Shown here piece after piece: positions 9,296 through 17,367 of a DNA stretch of 64,000 nucleotides (positions within the stretch are counted from its first letter, which is position 1; each line of letters opens with the position of its first letter). Location of the stretch: NCBI GenBank assembly GCA_964655855.1, contig CAZZPE010000002.1:89076-153075 (forward strand), in the 5' to 3' direction. Made by a program: the position numbers and the translations under genes. Below the pieces are notes generated by a model. The model saw only the letters and a list, made by a program, of their open reading frames with translations, was not told the DNA's origin and did not search any database. The DNA is from an uncultured Bifidobacteriaceae bacterium. GTDB lineage: Bacteria > Verrucomicrobiota > Verrucomicrobiia > Limisphaerales > UBA11358.

Positions 9296-9748
9296 TCAAC
9301 GCCCGCCCTTTTCATCATTCTTCCTCGGGGCAGACTTTGCCGGCCCGCCATGCCCAACCGGCTGGACATGACCCCGGGCATCTTTTCGGAAACGATCATT
9401 GCGGATGGCGTGCTCCCGCCAATCAGCATGCCCCCTTTCCCATCCATGGAAACGCTCCAACCGGAAGGGTTCACAGACCAGCCACACATCACCGGGTCCC
9501 AAGTAGAAATACTGGTCGCCAACGACACCGACGAATTCGTCACCATCCCAGACATAAGTGTCAGGAACCATCACTGGTTCTTCCAGCACCACCGGCGCCG
9601 GAGCGACATATACCGGCTGCGGTGCGACATACACCACCGGCCGGAACACCACCCGTCCATCCGGCTCAACGACACAGCCCGACATCAGCACACCAATCCC
9701 GCCTGCCGCCACCGACAGGACACACATACGCAAACATTTTGATTTCAT
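9296..9748 (-). CDS. Hypothetical lipoprotein
   Basis: Signal peptide with lipobox (GVLMSGC). Confidence 0.45.
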   Translation of the reverse strand: MKSKCLRMCVLSVAAGGIGVLMSGCVVEPDGRVVFRPVVYVAPQPVYVAPAPVVLEEPVMVPDTYVWDGDEFVGVVGDQYFYLGPGDVWLVCEPFRLERFHGWERGHADWREHAIRNDRFRKDARGHVQPVGHGGPAKSAPRKNDEKGGR

Positions 9749-10331
9749 TGTTTAATTCTTTTTCAATTCTCGTTTTTGAGCCTGCCGACTCCGTGTTTGA
9801 AATTTTCACGGCACAGATGTCACGGGAACGACATTGTCTGGCAGGCCGATCCCGCTTTACCGAGGAAGAACACAGCCGGACGACCGTCATTCAGACGGCC
9901 GTTTTGAAGATACTGTTTCCGCCATACCGGAAGATCATCCTTTAATCCCAGGAATCCGTCAACTCCAATCCTGCAAACCGAACATACGAACGGTCAAATC
10001 GCCGGCATAGGATGCGCGGCAGGTGTCAGTTCGCCGCGTCGCGTGAATTTCCGGAGTTGGTGTCAGCCTCTTGATTCACGACCAAACCAAAGGGGCATGG
10101 AAGCCATTTTGAAAAACGACACCTTCCAGTTTTTCAAGGCGTCTTCAAACGGCAGGCTGCTTTTGGTTGCGTCACCGGCCTTGGCGGTTTTTGACATGGG
10201 AAAATGCCGATAAACGCCGCTCAAAAAGTCCAGCCTAAAGTCGAAACGCCCCGCATCAGCCACAAATTACGCGGATTGCACCGATTCCGAACAAAATAAG
10301 CCAATACAAAGACGTAAGGATGTGGAGGCGT

Positions 10332-12308
10332 TTATTTCGGCACCGGTGGGTTTAAGCCTCGGCCAATTTTGTCCAAAAACCCATTTGCCATTGACTGCAA
10401 GAAATCAGATGACATTTGCCTCCATGTAGGACTACCATTGTTGAAATCGGCAAAATAACTTATCAGATCAAGATTAATAGTAGTTGTATTGTCAGCATTT
10501 TGCTCTACAAATATTAAATACTGGTTAGCGTGCAGACTAAGTATCAATATCGAATGTTGAGTGGAGGTGGTCGTAATAATTCCCGTTTCAGCGTTTGAAT
10601 GAATTGATTCTTCTTTTTGTTGCGTTAGAATATTGAGCGTCGAATTCCACACTTTATTGAATGGAGCAGAGTATGTTCTTGTGTAATTAGGAAAAAGTCT
10701 CGCATTTTGAGTCGAAGCAATTAGATGTTGAAACCGCTTTTCATTCGCCTGCCGTTTTTCGGACGCTGCTTGTTGTTCAGACTGTAAGCGAGCCTTTTCC
10801 GCAGCCTGTTCAGCTTCTCCGATTGTTGCTTGCAATTTAACTGCGGCGGGATCATCAGGGTCAACAGCCAATGCTTTGGCAATGGCTGCTTTCGCGTCGA
10901 CAAGTTGTCCAGAATCAAGGGCTTCTTGTGCTTGCCCCATCGCTTGAAGATACTGTTCGCTGGTCAACTTTACTGAAAAGTTCGTTACCGCATTTTCGAC
11001 TGCGGAAATAATCAAATTCGTTGCCACATAACCATTGAGATTCAGTCCCACGCTTGAATTCCCCACTGGAACGCGATTAAGAGTCAGAGGCGTCTTGCCG
11101 ATTTCTTTTTCTTTGCGAATAACAGTCGCGCCTGCTGGCACGCTCATTAACTGAATCATGCCATAGCGAAAAACAAAAGGTTGTTTCACATTTTCCTTCG
11201 GGCTGACGCCGACATCTGCCATGAGGTCGTTGTCGCCGTCGGAAACGGTCAAATTATATGTTGCTGGCTTCAATTCTTGTAGCGTGATTGGCGTCTTTCC
11301 AATTTCTACGCCATTTTTTAAGACAACCAATCCAGTCGGTTCGCTCGTGACTTCAATTGAACCGTAGGAAAATTCCATTTTCTTCGTTGTGACACTCCCG
11401 CGAACTGCCGAGACAACCGAATCCAATTCCCAATCGCGCCTCGTGATAGACAGGGAATAATTTCCAACCGGCACATCTTCAATGTGTGCGGGTAGTTTCC
11501 CTTGCCAACGGTGTCCACCGCCAGACATCTCGTATTCCGCATCGGCGGGAACAGAGGACAATTCTACCTTGCCCAAATTCAACTCGACGGTTTCATTCGT
11601 TGTCTGCTGGCGCTGGACGTCAACGGTGCGAGTTTCCTGATAATCTCCGCGCTTGACAACCAGTGTGTAATTTCCGACCGGCAATTTTTCCACGTCCAAC
11701 GGCGCTGCGCCTTGATTTACAGTTTCACCGCCACGCTGCACAAGCACTGTGGCGGGCGACGGATTGACTATTACAACCAAATTCCCCTTGCTTGTCTCCA
11801 AAGGCAGATTCCCCAAATCTTTTATCCCGTAAAAAACCCAGAAATGCTGTTCATACGGTTCAACGTTTTGCATGGCGACGGAAATATCATGCCGGCCGGG
11901 TTTGAGATGATCACCGCTTCCGAAAAGCTGTCCGTCCACCGTTATTTCAGGCATTTGTCCTTTGGACATTTCCTTTCCATCTAGGACAAATCCGTATGTC
12001 AACGCCGTTCTCGCGGCGATTGATTTGTAAAGAACTGTCCCGCCATAAATGAGCGCACCGATGATTGCCAGCACAACCAATGCTGGTGGAATCGAAGTTT
12101 TACCTGTTCCAGCATTTATAGGTTGGGTTGGCACAGGGTCAGCGGGTGCCGCAACAACTTCGCGGCACGGTGTCCATTTTTCAGAATCAGTGGGACGCAC
12201 TGGTGTGTCGTCATTCAATACTCCGGCAAACCGCAACTGCGCCAAAGTGGTCAAATCGAGCGGACCAATTTCTTTGCCTGAATTGTCGTAATAAAAATAG
12301 TTTTGCAT
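10332..12308 (-). CDS. GYF_2 (DUF4339) - TM - multi-PEGA domain protein with coiled-coil/TPR-like tail
   Basis: N-terminus YFYYDNSGKEIGPLDLTTLAQL...W (GYF_2 pattern) and one TM (ALVVLAIIGALIYGGTVLY). At least four PEGA-like repeats (e.g. SVPAGATVIRKEKEIGKTPLTL, SEPTGLVVLKNGVEIGKTPITL). AT-rich. Confidence 0.7.
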   Translation of the reverse strand: MQNYFYYDNSGKEIGPLDLTTLAQLRFAGVLNDDTPVRPTDSEKWTPCREVVAAPADPVPTQPINAGTGKTSIPPALVVLAIIGALIYGGTVLYKSIAARTALTYGFVLDGKEMSKGQMPEITVDGQLFGSGDHLKPGRHDISVAMQNVEPYEQHFWVFYGIKDLGNLPLETSKGNLVVIVNPSPATVLVQRGGETVNQGAAPLDVEKLPVGNYTLVVKRGDYQETRTVDVQRQQTTNETVELNLGKVELSSVPADAEYEMSGGGHRWQGKLPAHIEDVPVGNYSLSITRRDWELDSVVSAVRGSVTTKKMEFSYGSIEVTSEPTGLVVLKNGVEIGKTPITLQELKPATYNLTVSDGDNDLMADVGVSPKENVKQPFVFRYGMIQLMSVPAGATVIRKEKEIGKTPLTLNRVPVGNSSVGLNLNGYVATNLIISAVENAVTNFSVKLTSEQYLQAMGQAQEALDSGQLVDAKAAIAKALAVDPDDPAAVKLQATIGEAEQAAEKARLQSEQQAASEKRQANEKRFQHLIASTQNARLFPNYTRTYSAPFNKVWNSTLNILTQQKEESIHSNAETGIITTTSTQHSILILSLHANQYLIFVEQNADNTTTINLDLISYFADFNNGSPTWRQMSSDFLQSMANGFLDKIGRGLNPPVPK

Positions 12309-12311
12309 AGT

Positions 12312-13628
12312 TCAAGGGAGGACGTGTCCAGGAATACTGCAAGTCACTTGTGGATATGAACCGACCGGGTGGAGTGTGTATGTGCCACCCGAAGGACAAG
12401 ACGGAACTTCCCCATTGGCGTTGAGTTTAATGTATGGCTTTACGTCTGTCATAGTAGGAATAGTGCCAACTGATTTTCCAGTTTCCAATGCCCATTCACT
12501 GATGGCTCCATCAATCTGCCGAAGATTGTTGATGCAGGTGTTAGCCCTTGATACAGCCTCCTCCGTTTTTACATTTGTTTCAATTTCTGACATTCGTTGT
12601 GGCGAGACTTGCATAACAGAACCATCTGTTAATACCACGACGTGATGAGTGGGGCAGATCGCCAAAACTTCACGGGGATTTGAATCGTTTACAATTAAAC
12701 CGGAATGTATCAAGTAACTTACATTTTCTGGGCGTAAATGAGCAAAATCTATTGCTGGCCTTTTTGAATCAGAAGGACACAGTAAAACTTTTGTTGCGGC
12801 CAACTCATTGGACATAACCTGAAGATGAAGAAAAGTATTTTTATCGAATCCATCCAATGTTCTATCGCAATACTCCATCGTTCCTCCCGATGCAATTCCG
12901 ACATTAAATGGATATTTATCTCCATGGTCTCCTTCCCATATTCTAAAAGCCAAACCGATCTGCTTTAGATTATTAACACAAGCATTAGCCTGTGATAAAG
13001 TTTCGTCATTTTCTGCTTGAGAAAGTAGTAAAGGATTAGAAGCACTCAATATATGCAATTCGTAAGGAGCCCCAAACCTCCATCCGCCTTCAGTTTTTAC
13101 GCCAATCATTTTGCCCGCATATCTTTCATGATCTCCAGAATGACTCGTAACGCCTCTGATTGTTACATCTCGCTCAAATTCGATTTCCGCCTCAAAATCA
13201 ATCTCATAGTTTTGAGTGGTTGATAAGTCTGAAGAATTTGTTTCCATAAACGACCGCCCGCTCGTTTCTTTAAAATTAACAAGATTGATTCCGTCATTGA
13301 GTAAATTTATCTGTTTGTAGTATGATCGTTTAGCTTCGGCTTCGTGGGGTGGCGCAGCATAATATTTTGCAAAAAATACGATCGCAACGGCAACCAATAG
13401 GCAAACCCATGTCCACCTAATGGATATATTGGAAAATTTTGGCGAGGCTTGTTGCAAAGGTGATGACGGCAGAAATTCACGCAAAGATTTCCATTCTGTA
13501 GAATTTTCAAGGCGTGCCGGAGTATTGTTATTTAACATTCCGACAGCGTGCAGTTTGGCTAGCGCAGCCAAATCAAGCGGACCAATTTCCTTGCCGGAAT
13601 TATCGCGATAAAAATAAGTAGCGCTCAT
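12312..13628 (-). CDS. GYF_2 (DUF4339) - TM - protein with two pseudopilin-like (DUF1559/GspG-like) modules
   Basis: N-terminus YFYRDNSGKEIGPLDLAALAKL...W and one TM. Modules: ANACVNNLKQIGLAFRIWEGDHGDKYPF...LLCPSD, and ANTCINNLRQIDGAISEWALETGK...SCPSGGTYTL. Confidence 0.7.
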   Translation of the reverse strand: MSATYFYRDNSGKEIGPLDLAALAKLHAVGMLNNNTPARLENSTEWKSLREFLPSSPLQQASPKFSNISIRWTWVCLLVAVAIVFFAKYYAAPPHEAEAKRSYYKQINLLNDGINLVNFKETSGRSFMETNSSDLSTTQNYEIDFEAEIEFERDVTIRGVTSHSGDHERYAGKMIGVKTEGGWRFGAPYELHILSASNPLLLSQAENDETLSQANACVNNLKQIGLAFRIWEGDHGDKYPFNVGIASGGTMEYCDRTLDGFDKNTFLHLQVMSNELAATKVLLCPSDSKRPAIDFAHLRPENVSYLIHSGLIVNDSNPREVLAICPTHHVVVLTDGSVMQVSPQRMSEIETNVKTEEAVSRANTCINNLRQIDGAISEWALETGKSVGTIPTMTDVKPYIKLNANGEVPSCPSGGTYTLHPVGSYPQVTCSIPGHVLP

Positions 13629-14461
13629 TGCATTAAGGCTCCTTTGAACAATGCACCCTTTAATTCATCTGACATTCCTTGAGCCATTTGATCTGCATAC
13701 ACAGCCATAAAGATAATTTTAGAAAGCCAGCAGGCTGCAACGATCACGACTGGCACCATAAATGTTCCCATGCGCTCATCAAGTCCCGAAATACGCGTGA
13801 GCCCGACGAACACCTGAAGCACTATTATACAGATTGAAACGAGAAAGATTATTGCCAAAACCTCAATATTGCCAAAACCAAGAATATTACACAGAAGAAG
13901 GTCAACCGCCCAAACGAGCGATATGGCTCCCGCGACAAAGACTTCGCCTCCAATATCACCTTCGCGGCGGTTAATTAAGCGCATGATAAACATCGCCGCC
14001 GCCCAAGTTAGGCAACAGGCCAAAATGGTGAAAAAAAGTTTTAGAAAACCTCCAAAATCGCCGGGGCGTATTATGCCAAAAGTTTTGGTCATATAAACCA
14101 GGAGCAGCGCTATGATTGCATAAACTGCAATAAATACAGCACCAACACCGCCCGCTTGCTTCGAACCTAGTTGCTGGTATGCAGGAAACATTCCACCAAC
14201 TGGATTGGTTAGCAAATTTACCCAGACACTTCTGGCGTGTTGCACCGCTTCGGAAACTTTGGCCATCGTAGGGGATTGCGAAGGCACATTGGACGTTTCC
14301 ACTTTTCCAACCACTGATACACAGGTGACCCACGCCCCACCGCTTTCTGGACGCACCAACGTGTGATCTTTTATTACACCGGCAAGCCGAAATGATTTTA
14401 AGTTTTCCAAGGAAACCGGTCCGATCTCCTGATTCTTTTCGTCCATGTAATGGTAGTTCAT
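13625..14461 (-). CDS. GYF_2 (DUF4339) - polytopic (Yip1-like) membrane protein
   Basis: N-terminus YMDEKNQEIGPVSLENLKSFRLAGVIKDHTLV...W, then about 5 hydrophobic helices. 4-nt overlap with the downstream gene. Confidence 0.65.
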   Translation of the reverse strand: MNYHYMDEKNQEIGPVSLENLKSFRLAGVIKDHTLVRPESGGAWVTCVSVVGKVETSNVPSQSPTMAKVSEAVQHARSVWVNLLTNPVGGMFPAYQQLGSKQAGGVGAVFIAVYAIIALLLVYMTKTFGIIRPGDFGGFLKLFFTILACCLTWAAAMFIMRLINRREGDIGGEVFVAGAISLVWAVDLLLCNILGFGNIEVLAIIFLVSICIIVLQVFVGLTRISGLDERMGTFMVPVVIVAACWLSKIIFMAVYADQMAQGMSDELKGALFKGALMQ

Positions 14462-14600
14462 AGTATTTTTGGCCTTCGAATCTTGACTGTGTTCGATTTC
14501 TTTCGTGTGATGTTTAGACTGTTATCCTTTTGCTCGAATTTTACAACTCATCTTTCAAGCAAACAGCGAGATTTCACTTCCGTCCTTCGCAAGGAGTTGT

Positions 14601-15314
14601 TCACGCATTCAATGGTTGCGTTGGTGGCAGATCGAATTTCTTTCTCATGCCGGCGCTGGCGGGGTCGGTGTAGGGGAATTCACCGTCGGCGGCGTGCTGC
14701 AATTGGCGGCGGCGCAGGGTCAGGCTCACCACCATATTCGTCAGCTTCGTCCGCAAATCCTTGGCATCGCCCTTGCCGCCCACTTGCGTCACCTTGGTTG
14801 CCTTGTAGGTGTCGGACGCGGTCTTGAGATCTGTGGCGTGTTGCGCGGCAATTTTCGGCAGGGTGTCGGTCTTGAGCTTGTTCAAAATGTTGTCGGCGGC
14901 GGTTTCCAGCGCGGGACGGCTGATGTCTATGTTGGTGCCAATGCCGTATTCGGCAAGGGCGTTGCTGTTGCCGATGTATTTGACTTTGGCCTTGCTCTGG
15001 ATGTAATGGACTTTGGCCAGCAGCACCTTTTTGGCGGTGGTCTCGGCGCCGGTTTCCTGCTTGGCGTCGGTGACGGCTTCGGACGCGCCGCCGGTGTATT
15101 GGCTCATTGTCTGCAAATCAGTCCCCAGCTTGGTCATGAAATCGGCCGTGATGATCTGGTCGTCCTGGATTTTGGCAAAGGTCGCGGGATCGCCGGCCAC
15201 GCCGTAAATGGTGTTGGTGTGGCTGATTTCGGCGAGCTGGTGTTTGTCGAGGAGACCGTGGTGTTTTGGGGTTTTGGCGGCGGGTGTGGGTGCGGGTGTC
15301 GGATTATCGCTCAT
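14601..15314 (-). CDS. Hypothetical alpha-helical protein
   Basis: Start set at MSDNPTPAPTP (ATG 15314). The longer ORF to 15428 only adds translated repeat DNA. No known motif. Confidence 0.45.
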   Translation of the reverse strand: MSDNPTPAPTPAAKTPKHHGLLDKHQLAEISHTNTIYGVAGDPATFAKIQDDQIITADFMTKLGTDLQTMSQYTGGASEAVTDAKQETGAETTAKKVLLAKVHYIQSKAKVKYIGNSNALAEYGIGTNIDISRPALETAADNILNKLKTDTLPKIAAQHATDLKTASDTYKATKVTQVGGKGDAKDLRTKLTNMVVSLTLRRRQLQHAADGEFPYTDPASAGMRKKFDLPPTQPLNA

Positions 15315-15324
15315 AGTTTTTATT

Positions 15325-15359
15325 GGGAGTTTGGAGTTGGGAGTTGGAAGCTTGGAATG
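15325..15359. repeat. Heptanucleotide tandem repeat (gggagtt/tggagtt, about 5 units; family C)
   Basis: gggagtt tggagtt gggagtt ggaagct tggaatg, immediately 5-prime of the 14601-15314 gene start. Confidence 0.75.
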
Positions 15360-15376
15360 GCTGCGAAAGGTCTGGA

Positions 15377-15421
15377 GCGCGCGGACATGTCCGCGCCCGG
15401 AAAGCGGCGACATGTCGCCGC
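15377..15421. repeat. Two perfect 18-nt palindromes (family A hairpins)
   Basis: gcgcggacatgtccgcgc (15379-15396) and gcggcgacatgtcgccgc (15404-15421), separated by ccggaaa. Confidence 0.85.
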
Positions 15422-15449
15422 AGTCCATGCAAGCACCGGCTTACGCTGC

Positions 15450-15727
15450 AAATCGGTGGATTTCGCGGATTTTAAGGCAAATCCGCCGGTTTTCCGGGGA
15501 ACTCCGCGCATTGGAAGGCTCACTCCACTGAAACGGAACCGCACTCCACTGGTTTGGATTGGATCTCCGCTGTCCCGCTTTGTTATTCCGCTGTTTCGGA
15601 AAGGCGCTCCGCTGAAACGGATGTCTGCTCCTCCGCTGCGGATTGTCACTCCACCGGATTTGGCGGGCACTCCGCTGCCGCAGGTTGCAACTCCACCGCT
15701 CCGGGAATCCACTCCGCTGGTTTGAAA
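15450..15727. repeat. Degenerate 21-bp tandem array, about 12-13 units (array 1)
   Basis: Units such as ctcactccactgaaacggaac / cgcactccactggtttggatt / ggcgctccgctgaaacggatg / ggcactccgctgccgcaggtt. Conserved core aCTCCgCTG recurs every 21 nt. Confidence 0.75.
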
Positions 15728-15932
15728 TGCGAATGAAGCGCCGTCCGGCCAGACGCCATTGGGCAACAAAAAATCCCTCCCGGAAAGCGAATGCGTCTTG
15801 CTCTCGTGATTTGCAAACGACACCACATGCCATTTGTAACCCATATCCACTGACGTGTGCTTGCCGAGGACTATAAGCAAATTCCAAAATCAATGGCAAG
15901 AAAAAAGATTTTAAAAATAACAAACCGGTTTC

Positions 15933-17264
15933 CTATGCCTCCGCCCGGCTCAAAACTTCGCCATCAGCCAGTCGAGTCTTCAATTTCTGACCGGCCTTCA
16001 CCTTCGCCGCCTCGCGCAGCACCCTGCCCGTCGCCGCGTCCATCGTGATGGAATAGCCGCGCGACAACACCTGCTCCGGGCCGAGCAATTGCAATCGCGA
16101 TTCCGCCGCCGCCAGGCCACTCTTCAAATCCCTGAACCGGACGCGCGCCAGTTCGCGCAGACGATGCTGCGTCACTGCCAACAGCTCGCGCCGCTGCTTC
16201 AGCAGTTGTTTCGGGCGGACCTGACGCAAACGCGCCGCCAGATTTTGGCAGGTGACTTGACGCTCGCTCACACCTTGACGTCCGCAGCGCAGCAAGCTCG
16301 TCTGCAAATCGTCCATCCGCTGAAACAATTCATCCAACCGCTTGCGCGGATGCGCCTGCGTCATCCGGCGCGCAAGACTTTCCACCAATTGCCGGCTCGC
16401 GAACACGCCTTCGGTGATGATTTCCGCCGCCGCGCTCGGCGTGGCCGCGCGCACGTCCGCCACGAAATCCGCGATGGTGAAATCTATCTCATGCCCGACG
16501 GCGGAGACGACGGGAATGGCCGATTCAAAAATCGCCCGCGCCACAATTTCCTCGTTGAACGCCCACAAATCCTCCAGCGAACCGCCGCCGCGAGTGACCA
16601 AAATCAGGTCAAGGCTGAAGGCTGAAGGCTGAAGGCTGAAATCGTTGAGCAGCCGGATTGCACTCGCAATTTCCTCCGAAGCGCCGTCGCCCTGGACGCG
16701 GCAGGGCGCGAGGATGATTTCCAGCCCCGGATTTCGCCGGCGCACGACATGCAGCACGTCACGGATGGCCGCGCCGGTCGGCGACGTGACCAGGCCGATG
16801 CGCTGCGGATATTTCGGCAGCGGCCGTTTCCGTTCCGGCGCGAACAAGCCTTCCGCCGCGAGCTTTTGTTTCAGTTTCTCGAACGCGATTTGCAGCGCGC
16901 CGACGCCCTGCAATTCCACCGCGCGCACGATGAGCTGGTATTGCCCGCGCGCCTCGTAGACCGTCACATCGCCTTGCAGCAAAACCTTCTGGCCGTCCGC
17001 GAGCAGTTCGCGGTGCGGAATCTTCTCGCGGCTGAACAGGACGCAGCTCAACTGCGACGCCGCGTCCTTGAGCGTGAAATAAATGTGGCCGGAGGATTGC
17101 GCCCGGAAATTCGTGATTTCACCGCCCACCCAGACGGAGCCGACCTGTTTTTCGAGCAATGCGCGAACCTGCGCCGTCAGTTCCGAGACGGACAGAACCT
17201 TGCGGGTCTGTTCCACCGGAAACAGCTCGCCAAAATCCCACTGTGATTTGGATTGCTTGCTCAT
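15933..17264 (-). CDS. xseA: Exodeoxyribonuclease VII large subunit
   Basis: VLSVSELTAQVRALLE...VWVGGEITNFRAQSSGHIYFTLKD (OB fold), then LILVTRGGGSLEDLWAFNEE. Start set at ATG 17264. Confidence 0.85.
   Translation of the reverse strand: MSKQSKSQWDFGELFPVEQTRKVLSVSELTAQVRALLEKQVGSVWVGGEITNFRAQSSGHIYFTLKDAASQLSCVLFSREKIPHRELLADGQKVLLQGDVTVYEARGQYQLIVRAVELQGVGALQIAFEKLKQKLAAEGLFAPERKRPLPKYPQRIGLVTSPTGAAIRDVLHVVRRRNPGLEIILAPCRVQGDGASEEIASAIRLLNDFSLQPSAFSLDLILVTRGGGSLEDLWAFNEEIVARAIFESAIPVVSAVGHEIDFTIADFVADVRAATPSAAAEIITEGVFASRQLVESLARRMTQAHPRKRLDELFQRMDDLQTSLLRCGRQGVSERQVTCQNLAARLRQVRPKQLLKQRRELLAVTQHRLRELARVRFRDLKSGLAAAESRLQLLGPEQVLSRGYSITMDAATGRVLREAAKVKAGQKLKTRLADGEVLSRAEA
16611..16640. repeat. 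Heptanucleotide tandem repeat (aaggctg x4) inside the xseA coding sequence
   Basis: aaggctgaaggctgaaggctgaaggctg, read directly. Encodes FSLQPSAFSL in the loop just before the TRGGGS motif. Confidence 0.85.
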
Positions 17265-17367
17265 CGAATTCCAAACCCATTTAGCCATGCCCGCCGCGCC
17301 GAGGCAAGCGCAGGAGGAAATTAACACGGAAATTGACTCTCGTCCGGCGCTGCTTGATGCTGTCGCC

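Noticed and set aside
10063-10197. 44-codon minus-strand ORF (MSKTAKAGDATKSSLPFEDALKNWKV...) whose FEDALK start resembles exonuclease VII small subunit XseB
   Set aside because: The resemblance is limited to about 20 residues. The ORF ends after 44 aa, and neither alternative frame restores an XseB-like C-terminus. It may be an xseB remnant but cannot be supported from sequence alone.
15450-15727. Possible CRISPR array, because of regularly spaced repeats; the same question applies to 40677-41000 and 63098-63360
   Set aside because: The period is only about 21 bp, with no alternating unique spacers. The units are degenerate rather than identical, and no cas genes or leader are nearby.
15320-15880. 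186-aa ORF with an SG-every-7-residues pattern spanning array 1, and the 369-aa plus-strand ORF 14616-15725
   Set aside because: All frames stay open here because of the high GC content. These ORFs run through perfect palindromes and antisense to a better gene. The homologous AT-rich array 2 contains stop codons in the frame translated. They are most simply translated repeat DNA.
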